From: Clostridia bacterium
Lineage (GTDB): Bacteria; Bacillota; Clostridia; TANB77; CAG-465
Direction: 5' to 3'
Assembly: GCA_045651205.1 (NCBI GenBank)
Contig: JAZRSA010000020.1
Coordinates: 8,214-72,213, forward strand
Length of the DNA: 64,000 nt
In this document: piece after piece, positions 51,217 through 60,910 of the stretch
How positions within the stretch are numbered: position 1 is the stretch's first letter
Layout of the letters: every line of letters starts with the position of its first letter
Notes under the pieces: model-generated
Databases searched by the model: none
What the model was told of the DNA's origin: nothing
What the model saw: the letters and a program-made list of their open reading frames with translations, nothing else
Made by a program: the position numbers and the translations under genes

Positions 51217-51558
51217 ATGAAATTAGATTTAAATGGAATGGGCATTGAAGTAACAGATGGTATCAGAGAATATGCTGAAAAAAGAGTAAGTAAATTAGAC
51301 AAATTCTTTGATAACGACACAATTGCACACGTTACATTCGCAGCAAAAAAGGAGAAACAATACGTGAGTCTTCGTGTAGAAGCTAAAGGCAAAACTTATA
51401 TGGCAGAAGAACCAACTCATGACGTTTATGCTGGTATTGACCTTGTAATGGATAAAATTTTAGGTCAAATAAGAAAACAAAAAACTAAAATATTAAATAA
51501 AAGAACTGAAAAGAATGTAAATATGGGTGTTACTGAAGAAGACCTAGATGCAGAATAA
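51217..51558 (+). CDS. hpf: Ribosome hibernation factor, short form (RaiA/YfiA-like; lacks the long-HPF C-terminal domain)
   Basis: The N-terminal S30AE domain (GIEVTDGIREYAEKRVSKLDKFF) is the only domain. 113 aa. Confidence 0.8.
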   Translation: MKLDLNGMGIEVTDGIREYAEKRVSKLDKFFDNDTIAHVTFAAKKEKQYVSLRVEAKGKTYMAEEPTHDVYAGIDLVMDKILGQIRKQKTKILNKRTEKNVNMGVTEEDLDAE

Positions 51559-51569
51559 AATTAAATATG

Positions 51570-51597
51570 AAAAAGAGAGGATTATTCCTCTCTTTTT
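51570..51597. terminator. Bidirectional terminator
   Basis: AAAAAGAGAGGA-TTATT-CCTCTCTTTTT. Confidence 0.85.
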
Positions 51598-51619
51598 GTT
51601 TATATATTTATTTGATGTT

Positions 51620-52681
51620 TTAACGTCTATATAGTACATATACAATGTAACATGTATATATAGCTAAAAGTGTAAATCCTTCCATTGCAGAAACTTCTGG
51701 TTTCTTTTTCGTAAATAGCCTCATTACAAGGCAGACTATAAAGAAAATTCCAGCATCAATTGCAAGAGATGGTGTAGATACTCTAATAGGATTAATTAAT
51801 GCAGAAGTACCTATTACAAATAATGTATTGAACATATTGCTACCAACTAAATTACCGATTGCTATATTTAATCTGTTTTTCTTAATAGCTGCAAATGATG
51901 TGCTTATTTCCGGTAACGAAGTACCGACTGCAATTATTGAAATTGAAATTAGGGTTTCGCTTACATTAAAATGTCTTGCTATAACAACTGCGTTATTTAC
52001 TACAAGTTCGGCTCCAATATATACAATGATTATACAAATCAGTATTAATACTAGTTCTTTCATTAGTTTTTTTATGTCTTTCATAGAGAAAACCTTATCG
52101 TTTTCAGCATTATGATTTTGAGTTGGAGTGTAAGCAGATTTTTGTAGAACTACTTTTTTTGCTTTAGCATCCCTATATTTTTTTTCGCGTTGATCTCTTA
52201 AATATTCGCCAAATTCATATAAAGTGTAATACATAAATATAGTAAAGAATAATAAAAGTATAATACCATCTGTTCTAGTAATTGCATTGTGAGTTGCTTC
52301 TGGATCGGCTATGTCGATTAGTAATACGAAAAGGACGGCACTAGAGATTAAGCTCATATTCATATCTTTTCTTATAGTTTGTCTTAAAAGTTTTAATGGA
52401 TTGGTTACAAAAATTAGTCCGAGTATACAGCACATATTAAATAGATTGGTTCCTATGATATTACCTAATAGAAAATCCGAACTGTTTTTTGCTGAAGCTG
52501 TAATAGATAGTAGTAATTCTGGCAAACTTGTACCGATACATACAATGGTAAGACCGATTACAACTTCACTCATTTTAAACATTTTACCTATTTTTGTTCC
52601 TACGTCCACAAAAGCATCAGAACCTTTAATTAGTAGGAATAAGCCAACAATCATTAAAACAATGGCTAGAAATATATCCAT
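51620..52681 (-). CDS. Ca2+/Na+ antiporter (CaCA family, YrbG-like)
   Basis: Two alpha-repeat motifs, GTSLPELLLS and GTSLPEISTS. About 10 TM helices and a central hydrophilic loop. Confidence 0.88.
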   Translation of the reverse strand: MDIFLAIVLMIVGLFLLIKGSDAFVDVGTKIGKMFKMSEVVIGLTIVCIGTSLPELLLSITASAKNSSDFLLGNIIGTNLFNMCCILGLIFVTNPLKLLRQTIRKDMNMSLISSAVLFVLLIDIADPEATHNAITRTDGIILLLFFTIFMYYTLYEFGEYLRDQREKKYRDAKAKKVVLQKSAYTPTQNHNAENDKVFSMKDIKKLMKELVLILICIIIVYIGAELVVNNAVVIARHFNVSETLISISIIAVGTSLPEISTSFAAIKKNRLNIAIGNLVGSNMFNTLFVIGTSALINPIRVSTPSLAIDAGIFFIVCLVMRLFTKKKPEVSAMEGFTLLAIYTCYIVYVLYRR

Positions 52682-52763
52682 TTGTTTTTCTCCTTTGTTT
52701 AATATAGTGAGTATATCATAAAAAACAAGAAAATAACAAGACTAAAATTTAGTTAAATAATGC

Positions 52764-52793
52764 AAAAAGTGCAGAAAAAATCTGCACTTTTTT
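52764..52793. terminator. Bidirectional terminator
   Basis: AAAAAGTGCAGA-AAAAA-TCTGCACTTTTTT. Confidence 0.85.
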
Positions 52794-52817
52794 GAAAATA
52801 ATAAGAATTTAATAAAA

Positions 52818-53006
52818 TTACATATTAGATTCAGCCTTTTCTATAAGTTTTTTAACCATTCTTCCACCTATAGAACCAGCTTGTTTAGAAGTTAAATCAC
52901 CGTTATAACCTTGTTTTAAGTTAACACCGATTTCACTAGCAACTTCGTATTTCATTTTTTCTAAACCTGCTTTTGCGTTTGGGTTTACATATGAATTACT
53001 TGCCAT
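52818..53006 (-). CDS. Alpha/beta-type small acid-soluble spore protein
   Basis: 62 aa. LEKMKYEVASEIGV ... GDLTSKQAGSIGGRMVKKLIE matches the two conserved SASP blocks. Confidence 0.92.
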   Translation of the reverse strand: MASNSYVNPNAKAGLEKMKYEVASEIGVNLKQGYNGDLTSKQAGSIGGRMVKKLIEKAESNM

Positions 53007-53227
53007 AAAGTTTCACCTCCTATTTTCTTTTTGCAAAACTATAATTTGTTTTACACTAATAATTTGTGAAATAAACAGCAAAAAATACAGGAAATTTGTG
53101 GTAAAACAGCAATAAAAAATCATAAAAAAATTAATTAAAAAAGTGCTTGAATACTGCTAGTTTGATTGACTTTTTATGTAAAGTGTGTTAAAATACTTGA
53201 TATATAATGCAATATTGGAGGTAAAGG

Positions 53228-56200
53228 ATGAATATAATATTAAAAAAAGCTGTAGCAATAGTATTATTAGTGGCCATGTTAATAACACATACGCCTATTT
53301 ATGTTATTGCGGCAGCAGATACAACTCCACCTTCTGTTGTGCTTTCAGGACTAACATCTAGTACTGTTGCATACAAAGGTGAATCTATGAGCTTTAAAGT
53401 GTATTTCTCAGATGAAACAGCAATGGGAACAATAAACTTTAATGCTAACTACGTAATGTTAGTTGGATTTAAAGGAGATATTTCCGTGTCTGGAACAGGT
53501 AATACTAGAACAGTAACAATATCTAACTTAGATGATAATTCAACAACAGCAAATAAAGTAATGATTAGAGCGTCAGCTGCTAAGGATGCGGCTGGTAATA
53601 CTTCAAAAGTATTTACATCTTCTGCATTTACTATAACTGAAAGACCAGATACAACAAAACCATCAGTGGTAGTATCTAAACCTTCAGTTTCAACAATAAC
53701 AGAAGGAGGCTCTTTAACATATACAGTATCATTCTCAGACAATAAAGGAATAACAACTAATAACTTTAGTGCAAGTTATGTTTCTTTAACTGGATTTGAT
53801 GCGACAGTATCAGTAAGTGGAAGTGGAAATACAAGAACAGTAACACTTTCAAATATAACAGGAGCAGCAGATTCAGATAATAAAATATCTATAAGAGCAA
53901 ATGCTGTAAAAGACGCGGCTGGAAATGGAAACTCAGCAGTTTCTTCAACAACATTTACAATAGCTGCTGCAGATACAACAAGACCATCAGTGGTAATATC
54001 TAAATCATCAGTTTCAACAGTAACAGAAGGTGGATCTTTAACATATACAGTATCATTCTCAGACAATAAAGGAATAACAACTAATAACTTTAGTGCAAGT
54101 TATGTTTCTTTAACTGGATTTACTGCGACAGTATCAGTAAGTGGAAGTGGAAATACAAGAACAGTAACACTTTCAAATATAACAGGAGCAGCAGATTCAG
54201 ATAATAAAATATCTATAAGAGCAAATGCTGTAAAAGATGCGGCTGGAAATGGAAACTCAGCAGTTTCTTCGACAACATTTACAATAAAAGAATTAGTAAA
54301 AGATACAACAGTACCATCAGTGGTAATATCTAAACCTTCTCCTACAACAGTAGAACAAGGTGGAACAGTTAAGTATACAATTGTTTTCTCAGATGAAACA
54401 GCTCTAGGAACAATAAACTTTAACGAAAATTATGTTGCATTAGTTGGATTTACAGGAAATGTATCAGTAAGTGGAACAGGAAGCACAAGATATGTAACAA
54501 TATCTAACGTAACTGGAACAGCAGATTCAGATAATAAAATATCTATAAGAGCAAATGCTGTAAAAGATGCAGCTGGAAATGGAAATTCAGCAACAACATC
54601 AACTGCATTTACAATAACAGAGCCTGTAAAAGATACAACAAGACCATCAGTAGTAATATCTAAACCTTCTCCAATATCTGTAACAGAGGGCGGAACGGTT
54701 AAATATACAGTATCTTTTGCTGATGAGACAGCAATAGGCACAATAAACTTTAATGAAAATTATGTGGCTTTAATAGGATTTGAAGCAACAATATCAGTAA
54801 GCGGAAGCGGAAACACAAGAACAGTAACACTTTCAAATGTAAAAGGTGCTGCAGATTCGGATAATAAAATAACAATAAGAGCAAATGCTGTAAAAGATGC
54901 GGCTGGAAATGGAAACTCAGCAGTAACATCAACTGCTTTTACAATTGTTGAATCTGTAAAAGATACAACAAGACCATCAGTAGTAATATCTAAACCTTCT
55001 CCAGCATCAGTAGAAGTTGGTGGAACAGTTAAGTATACAGTTGTATTTTCTGATGAAACTAAAATGGGAACAATAAACTTTAATGAAAACTATGTAGCTT
55101 TAATAGGCTTTAATGCAACAGTTAAAGTAACAGGTGAAGGAAATACAAGAACAGTAACACTTTCAAATATAACAGGAGCAGTAGATTCAGATAATAAAAT
55201 ATCTGTAAGAGCAGGAGCAGCAAAAGATGCCGCTGGAAATTCAACAGTAGCAGTAACATCAACTGCCTTTGCTATAATCGAAACTGTAAAAGATACAACA
55301 GTACCATCAGTAGTAATTTCTAAACCTTCTCCAACATCAGTAGAAGTTGGTGGAACAGTTAGTTATACTGTAATGTTCTCAGATGAAACTAAGATGGGAA
55401 AAATAAACTTCAATGAAAACTATGTTTCTTTAATAGGATTTGATGCGAAAGTATCTGTAACTGGAACAGGAAACACAAGAGTTGTAACACTTTCAAATAT
55501 AAAAGGTGATGCGGACTCAAATAATAGAATAGCAGTAAGAGCGGGAGCAGCAGAAGATGCAGCAGGAAATAAGACTAAAGTTGTTGAATCAACAAACTTT
55601 ACAGTAACAATCCCTACAGTAAAAGACACAACAGCTCCATCTGTTTTAATTTCAAATCCAAATCCGGACACAATTGAAGTGGGTGGAACAGTTAAGTATA
55701 CAGTTGTATTTTCTGATGAAACTAAAATGGGAGCAATTCACTTTAATGAAAATTATGTTTCTTTAATAGGCTTCACAGCAACAGTTAAAGTAACAGGTGA
55801 AGGAAATACAAGAACAGTAACATTAACAAATGTTAGCAGTGCTTTAGACTCAGATAATAAAATAGCAGTAAGAGCAGGAGCAGCAGAAGATGCAGCTGGA
55901 AATAAAACAAAAGTTGTTGAATCAACTAAGTTTAAAGTTGTAGCAGCTCCAGTAAAAGATACAACAGCTCCATCTGTTACAATTTCGGCTCCAAAACCTG
56001 GAACAATAGAACTTGGTGAAACAGTTAAATATACAGTTGTATTCTCTGATGAGACTGCAATGGGAAAAATAAACTTCAACAAGAGCTATGTTAAATTAAT
56101 AGGTTTTACAGCGAATGTAATAGTAACAGGTGAAGGAAATACAAGAACAGTAACATTAACAAACGTTCAAGGAAATATAGATTCAGATAATAGAATTCAA

Positions 56201-57859
56201 GTATTAGCGGGAGCAGCAGAAGACGCAGCTGGAAACAAGACTAAAGCGGTGGAATCTAAAAACTTTACAATAGTTAAGACAGAAGAAAAAGATTCTATAC
56301 CACCAGTAGTTAAAGTAACTTCTGTAAGTCCTAAAACAATATATTCAAATGGAACAGTTAAATATACTGTAACATTTGCAGATAATATAAAAGTTACACA
56401 AGTTAACTTATACGCAAGTAAAATAAAAACAATGGGATTTGAAGCAGATATATCTGTTAAAGTAAATGGAGTAAGTTCAGCTGTAATAACACTTAAAAAT
56501 GTTAAAGGAACAGTTGGAAATAATAAATATATCGTGATTGCATCAGGAGTAGCATTAGATGCTGAAGGAAATAGATCTAAAGAAGTTGCTTCTCCAACAT
56601 TTAGCATAAACGAAAAAACAGAACCAACTCCAAATAATCCTACAAAACCAGGAACAACACCTACAAAACCAGTTGTTATCGAAAAAGTAAATTGTATTGA
56701 CGATTTAGGTTTAATAGGTGATGTAAATAAGGAAATAGATTATTTTGCATCTTGGTTAAAAGCAGAAAAAATAACTGAAGAAGATGAAAAACTTCTATTT
56801 GTACAAGAAAATAATACAGTTGTTAAGAATGATAAAATGACATATATAGTAGAATACTTTAATGGAAGTACAGCAACAGCAGAAGATGTTGTGTTTGAAT
56901 TAACATTACCATATGCAGTTGAAGTATTAGAAATAAACGGTGGCGGTAAAGTGACTAAAGCAACAGACAAAGCTACAGTAGTAACTTGGTACATGGGAGA
57001 CATAAGAGCTTATGCAGCAACATCAGGAACAGGTTATTGCAGATTGTATGTAAAAGTTAAATTCTTAGAAAATGTTGAATTAGAAGCAAGTAAAAATATT
57101 TCTGAAATATTCTATGCAACATTAAAAACAACAGCTGATGAAAATGTATCATATTCATATATGAGACAAGCGTTTGTAGATTTAACAGAAGGTAAAGTTG
57201 GTGCTTACGATAAATCATTACTTTCAATAGATGCATTAAACGAAGTAAGACCAAACGAAGAAATAACAAGAGCGGAATTTGCTAAATTATTAGTAGATGC
57301 AGGAGTTATAGCTGTAGACTACAAGAGCAAAGCATACAAAAACTTTAAAGACTATGAAATAATACCATCATATGCAAGAGCAGCTGTATCAGCACTTGCT
57401 AAAGCAGATGTAATAAAACCATATGCAGATGGAACATTTAAACCAAATAATCCAATCTTAGTGGAAGACGCAATGCAAATATTAGCAGAAGCTGCAGCAC
57501 ACATGACAAATCAAAAATTAGCAGTTTCTAAACCAGTATTCTTATATACTGAAGCTCTAACTGGAAAAGATGGAGAAGTATCACCTAAGAAAGATTATAT
57601 AATGGAATTAATGAGACAAAATGTAGTACCTAGCGATGAATCAAATCCAGATTCATACATTCTAAGAAAAGAAGCAGTAGAAATGGTTAATAGCTTAATG
57701 CTAAGAGGACCAGTAGTAAAAACTCTTAAAGAAAACGAATTAAAATTTGCTAAGGTAAGAGAAAATAATGTTGTATTCTATAATGTAGTAGAAGCTATGG
57801 AAAAAACAAACTTTGTATATGATTATAAATTATGGCAACAAATGGTGGATGTAAAATAA
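53228..57859 (+). CDS. Giant cell-surface protein: signal peptide, ten tandem Ig-like modules, beta-rich domain, C-terminal SLH-like repeats
   Basis: Signal peptide ...LITHTPIYVIAAA. Ten modules of 108-112 aa, each opening with DTT.PSV (Big_5/SbsA-Ig-like opening). Pro/Thr linker. C-terminal SLH-type motifs (EITRAEFAKLLV; FKDYEIIPSYARAAVSALAKADVIKPYADGTFKPNNPI). Promoter TTGACT-17-TAAAAT upstream. Confidence 0.85.
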   Translation: MNIILKKAVAIVLLVAMLITHTPIYVIAAADTTPPSVVLSGLTSSTVAYKGESMSFKVYFSDETAMGTINFNANYVMLVGFKGDISVSGTGNTRTVTISNLDDNSTTANKVMIRASAAKDAAGNTSKVFTSSAFTITERPDTTKPSVVVSKPSVSTITEGGSLTYTVSFSDNKGITTNNFSASYVSLTGFDATVSVSGSGNTRTVTLSNITGAADSDNKISIRANAVKDAAGNGNSAVSSTTFTIAAADTTRPSVVISKSSVSTVTEGGSLTYTVSFSDNKGITTNNFSASYVSLTGFTATVSVSGSGNTRTVTLSNITGAADSDNKISIRANAVKDAAGNGNSAVSSTTFTIKELVKDTTVPSVVISKPSPTTVEQGGTVKYTIVFSDETALGTINFNENYVALVGFTGNVSVSGTGSTRYVTISNVTGTADSDNKISIRANAVKDAAGNGNSATTSTAFTITEPVKDTTRPSVVISKPSPISVTEGGTVKYTVSFADETAIGTINFNENYVALIGFEATISVSGSGNTRTVTLSNVKGAADSDNKITIRANAVKDAAGNGNSAVTSTAFTIVESVKDTTRPSVVISKPSPASVEVGGTVKYTVVFSDETKMGTINFNENYVALIGFNATVKVTGEGNTRTVTLSNITGAVDSDNKISVRAGAAKDAAGNSTVAVTSTAFAIIETVKDTTVPSVVISKPSPTSVEVGGTVSYTVMFSDETKMGKINFNENYVSLIGFDAKVSVTGTGNTRVVTLSNIKGDADSNNRIAVRAGAAEDAAGNKTKVVESTNFTVTIPTVKDTTAPSVLISNPNPDTIEVGGTVKYTVVFSDETKMGAIHFNENYVSLIGFTATVKVTGEGNTRTVTLTNVSSALDSDNKIAVRAGAAEDAAGNKTKVVESTKFKVVAAPVKDTTAPSVTISAPKPGTIELGETVKYTVVFSDETAMGKINFNKSYVKLIGFTANVIVTGEGNTRTVTLTNVQGNIDSDNRIQVLAGAAEDAAGNKTKAVESKNFTIVKTEEKDSIPPVVKVTSVSPKTIYSNGTVKYTVTFADNIKVTQVNLYASKIKTMGFEADISVKVNGVSSAVITLKNVKGTVGNNKYIVIASGVALDAEGNRSKEVASPTFSINEKTEPTPNNPTKPGTTPTKPVVIEKVNCIDDLGLIGDVNKEIDYFASWLKAEKITEEDEKLLFVQENNTVVKNDKMTYIVEYFNGSTATAEDVVFELTLPYAVEVLEINGGGKVTKATDKATVVTWYMGDIRAYAATSGTGYCRLYVKVKFLENVELEASKNISEIFYATLKTTADENVSYSYMRQAFVDLTEGKVGAYDKSLLSIDALNEVRPNEEITRAEFAKLLVDAGVIAVDYKSKAYKNFKDYEIIPSYARAAVSALAKADVIKPYADGTFKPNNPILVEDAMQILAEAAAHMTNQKLAVSKPVFLYTEALTGKDGEVSPKKDYIMELMRQNVVPSDESNPDSYILRKEAVEMVNSLMLRGPVVKTLKENELKFAKVRENNVVFYNVVEAMEKTNFVYDYKLWQQMVDVK
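53318..56620 (+). repeat. Tandem array of ten ~324-336-nt coding repeats; copies 2 and 3 nearly identical at DNA level
   Basis: Repeat starts read at 53648, 53972 and 54302, among others. About 250 nt of copy 2 (about 53710..53950) recurs in copy 3 (about 54035..54275) with only a few substitutions. Confidence 0.9.
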
Positions 57860-57871
57860 GATAGTAGACAT

Positions 57872-57900
57872 AAAAAGTCAACAGAAATGTTGACTTTTTA
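57872..57900 (+). terminator. Terminator of the giant surface-protein gene
   Basis: AAAAAGTCAACA-GAAA-TGTTGACTTTTTT. Confidence 0.9.
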
Positions 57901-57918
57901 TTGCTTTTATGGTAAAAT
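57890..57918 (+). promoter_or_regulatory. Promoter of paralog A
   Basis: TTGACT (57890..57895, inside the 3' arm of the preceding terminator), 17-nt spacer, TGgTAAAAT (-10 at 57913..57918). Confidence 0.6.
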
Positions 57919-57942
57919 ATTAATGTATTGAGTCGGTAGTAC

Positions 57943-57984
57943 CAAGAGATAATTCGCTTGGTTGGGCAGGCGAATCATCCCTTG
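57943..57984 (+). promoter_or_regulatory. 5'UTR hairpin of paralog A
   Basis: CAAGAGATAATTCGC-12 nt loop-GCGAATCATCCCTTG (15 bp, 2 mismatches), followed by TTAATATATATATA and the RBS AAAGGAGGAT. Confidence 0.5.
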
Positions 57985-58023
57985 TTAATATATATATAAA
58001 ATATTTTAAAAGGAGGATCTCTA

Positions 58024-58917
58024 ATGAGGATTCGAAAAGACTTGGCCCTTGCATTGGCAACTGTTGAAGGACTTATGCTCGCTCTTCTGGTTGCAATGCC
58101 CGTATGGTTACTGGCAGTAATCATCACCCTTACCGTTGTCGCGGCAGCGCTTACGGTTACCACTATTTTGAACGCATGGAAGGCTTCTTATGATGCAGAA
58201 GCAAGCACTCACACTTACAGGTTCCCTATCGTGAGCTTTGTAGTTGGTGTGGTTTTCCTTGCGGCAATCACTGTAGCAATTCTTCTTGTTACTAAGAAAT
58301 TGTTCGGTTTTGCCTTGATTCCGCTTGCGGCAATTTTGGCAGCGTTGCTTGTAATAGCAATTATTAAAAAGCTTAAGATTATGCAATATATCACTGCGGT
58401 GTTGCTTGCAATTCTTGTGCTCTTCCTTGTAAGCTATGGTACGGCTTATATGGTTAAAGCTGGAGTAAATCTTAACCCCGGCTTGCAGACTTCTGCACCT
58501 GCTGGCGATGAGACTCAGAAACCCAACGATGAGACTCAGAACCCTGATGACCAAAAGCCCGGCGACGACAATCAGGTACCTGGTGACGGAAACCAGGATG
58601 GTGATGACAATCAGAATAATACTGGTGATAATACCACAAACGGCACTCCTGTTACGGTAAAAATCGATGCCCCTGATACTTTATCTTATGGCAAACCGAT
58701 TACTGTAAAACTGGAAGGCTGCACGGTGGATGACCTTGTATTCGGTAATGAGGATTTCGTTGCGATTTCCAAGGTATCCGATACGGAGGTAAGTATTATT
58801 TTGGTTGGTATTGTAAACGAAACAACCGGACAGGTAGAAATTGTTCCGGCTTCGGGATATATTACCATAACTGATAGCGTATCTGGAACGAATGTGACAA
58901 TTAATATTGTTGAATAA
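58024..58917 (+). CDS. Paralog A: polytopic membrane domain, Asp/Asn/Gln/Pro-rich linker, one ~85-aa C-terminal module (unrecognised family)
   Basis: 297 aa. N-terminus MRIRKDLALALATV, 4-5 hydrophobic helices, NLNPG, a linker, then the module VKIDAPDTLSYGKPITVKLEGC...SGYITITDSVSGTNVTINIV. Strong RBS. GC-richer codon usage. Confidence 0.8.
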   Translation: MRIRKDLALALATVEGLMLALLVAMPVWLLAVIITLTVVAAALTVTTILNAWKASYDAEASTHTYRFPIVSFVVGVVFLAAITVAILLVTKKLFGFALIPLAAILAALLVIAIIKKLKIMQYITAVLLAILVLFLVSYGTAYMVKAGVNLNPGLQTSAPAGDETQKPNDETQNPDDQKPGDDNQVPGDGNQDGDDNQNNTGDNTTNGTPVTVKIDAPDTLSYGKPITVKLEGCTVDDLVFGNEDFVAISKVSDTEVSIILVGIVNETTGQVEIVPASGYITITDSVSGTNVTINIVE

Positions 58918-58928
58918 CATTCGAGAGG

Positions 58929-58960
58929 ATCCCACGAACTTTAGGTTCGTGGGATTTTTC
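58929..58960 (+). terminator. Terminator of paralog A
   Basis: ATCCCACGAAC-TTTAG-GTTCGTGGGAT followed by TTTTT. Confidence 0.9.
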
Positions 58961-58974
58961 TGTAAACCGCTAAT

Positions 58975-59003
58975 TTGATTTTTAGCGGAATTTGTGGTAT
59001 AAT
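58975..59003 (+). promoter_or_regulatory. Promoter of paralog B
   Basis: TTGATT, 17-nt spacer, TGgTATAAT (-10 at 58998..59003). A 5'UTR hairpin CGAGC-TAATTAT-GCTCG lies at 59026..59042, followed by TTTATATATATA. Confidence 0.65.
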
Positions 59004-59087
59004 TATAATATCTTAATTTTGTTATCGAGCTAATTATGCTCGTTTATATATATATTAAATAATTATTTTTTAAAAGGAGGATTTTAA

Positions 59088-60899
59088 ATGAAAATCCAAA
59101 AGGACGTAGCCCTCGCATTAGCAACCGTTGCAGCAATCTTTGTAGCATTGTTTGCAGCATTCGTAACCATCCCTGTATGGTTCGAAGCAGTAATTATTAC
59201 TCTGGCCGTGATTGGCGCATGTTTGACCGTTAGCGAAATCGTAAAAGCTTACAAAGCATCCTACGATGAGACAGAAGGTACTTACACTTATAAATTCCCT
59301 GTACGGGCGTTTGTTATTGGTGTAGTAATACTTCTTATGATCGCAGCAATTATCCTTCTTTGCCTTAAGGCTTTGTTTGGATTTGCTTTGATCCCTGTAG
59401 CACTTCTTCTGATCACACTTTTTGTGATTGCGTATCTTAAGAATAACAAGGTTATGCAGTGGATTCTTGGCTTGCTTGTAGCAATTCTTGTAGTTGTTTT
59501 AGTAAGCTATGCAGCAGGTACTATCGTTAATAACGATGTGGACTTGAACCCTGGTATTTCTACCGAAACCACAGCTCCTGAAACTACTCCTCAGAATCCT
59601 GAGATTCAGAATCCTGAAATTAATGAGGAGGAAGACGGTAAGCCTGTTATTCCTGAGACAAAGCCTGAAGAAGAAACTCAGCCCACTGTCCCTGAGACAA
59701 AGCCTGAGGAAGATCCTAAGCCCACCGTCCCTGAGACGAAGCCTGAGGAAGATCCTAAGCCCACTGTCCCTGAAACAAAGCCTGAGGAAGATCCTAAGCC
59801 CACTGTTCCTGAAACAAAGCCTGAAGAGGATACCAAACCTGTAGAAGTAAAGATTAATGTTCCTAATGTTATGTACTATGCAGAGCCTATTACTGTAACC
59901 CTTGAAGGTTGCAAGGCAAATGATCTTTGCTTTACGGATGAGGAATATTACTCAATCGTTATTGTTTCTGAAACTGAGGTTACAATTACTCTTGTAGGTG
60001 CTGTTCTTGAAGATGGTACTGTAGAGCGTATTCCTTTCTCTAAGTCCCTTACTATTTCTGATAATGTAAGCGGTGTAAATGTTACAATCGACATTGTTGA
60101 TGAAAACGATACTACCGAACCTGAAATTCAGGAACCTGAGATTAAGGATGAGGAAGAGGAAAAGCCCGAAGACATCGTAGAAGACATTGAGAAACCTGAA
60201 GAGGAAACCGAACCTACTGTTCCCGAGACGAAGCCTGAGGAAGAAGTAATTCCCGCACCTATTGCTCCTAAGATTAATGCACCTGAAACTATTGTTTATG
60301 CAGAGCCTATTATTATTACTCTTGAAGGTATTAAAGCTGAAAACCTCAAGTTCAGTAATGAAGACTTTTTATCTATCGTTATCATTTCTGATAGCGAAGT
60401 AGAAGTAACACTTATTGGTATCGTTAATGATGCTGGTGAAGTTGAATTTATTCCGGGATCGGGTTACATTACTGTAACTGATTCTGTTAGCGGTGTCAAT
60501 GCTTATATTGAAATCGCTGAAGCAGATGAAATTATTTTCAACGAACCTGAAATCAAAGATGAAGAAGATGAGCCTGTTATTGATACTCCTGTAGTAGAAG
60601 TTGAAAAGCCTGAAATCGAGGAAGAAGTTACGCCTGTAGAAGTAAGAATTTACGCACCTGAAACAATGGTTTATGCAGAACCGGTTATCATCAATCTTGA
60701 TGGAATTAAGGCAGAGGATCTCAAGTTTAGCGATGAAGAATTTTTCTCCATTGTTATTATCTCCGATACTGAAGTTGAAATTACTTTGGTAGGCATCGTA
60801 AATGATGCTGGTGAAGTTGAATTTGCTCCTGAAGCCGGGTATGTTACTATTACAGATTCTGTAAGTGGTATTCATACAACTATTTGGATTGTTGGTTAA
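59088..60899 (+). CDS. Paralog B: same membrane domain, PETKPEEDPKPTV-repeat linker, three C-terminal modules separated by acidic spacers
   Basis: 603 aa. The N-terminal ~150 aa aligns with A and C (KDVALALATV, IPVWFEAVIITL, KASYDE, TYKFP, LFGFALIP, LNPG). Modules lie at about 59839..60100, 60258..60520 and 60632..60899. Confidence 0.85.
   Translation: MKIQKDVALALATVAAIFVALFAAFVTIPVWFEAVIITLAVIGACLTVSEIVKAYKASYDETEGTYTYKFPVRAFVIGVVILLMIAAIILLCLKALFGFALIPVALLLITLFVIAYLKNNKVMQWILGLLVAILVVVLVSYAAGTIVNNDVDLNPGISTETTAPETTPQNPEIQNPEINEEEDGKPVIPETKPEEETQPTVPETKPEEDPKPTVPETKPEEDPKPTVPETKPEEDPKPTVPETKPEEDTKPVEVKINVPNVMYYAEPITVTLEGCKANDLCFTDEEYYSIVIVSETEVTITLVGAVLEDGTVERIPFSKSLTISDNVSGVNVTIDIVDENDTTEPEIQEPEIKDEEEEKPEDIVEDIEKPEEETEPTVPETKPEEEVIPAPIAPKINAPETIVYAEPIIITLEGIKAENLKFSNEDFLSIVIISDSEVEVTLIGIVNDAGEVEFIPGSGYITVTDSVSGVNAYIEIAEADEIIFNEPEIKDEEDEPVIDTPVVEVEKPEIEEEVTPVEVRIYAPETMVYAEPVIINLDGIKAEDLKFSDEEFFSIVIISDTEVEITLVGIVNDAGEVEFAPEAGYVTITDSVSGIHTTIWIVG
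59652..59846 (+). repeat. Five tandem 39-nt (13-codon) repeats encoding PETKPEE(D/E)PKPTV
   Basis: Units start at about 59652, 59691, 59730, 59769 and 59808. The central three differ by only a few synonymous changes. Confidence 0.9.
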
Positions 60900-60910
60900 C
60901 AATTACGTCA

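Noticed and set aside
53007-53100. I tried to assign a sigma-G forespore promoter to the SASP gene.
   Set aside because: I could not find a convincing GHATR-17/18-CATNNTA match by eye, so I left it unannotated.
53449-57269. A series of about 60-136-aa minus-strand ORFs inside the giant repeat gene.
   Set aside because: They recur with the repeat period, so they are a by-product of the repeated sense sequence. They have no start signals.
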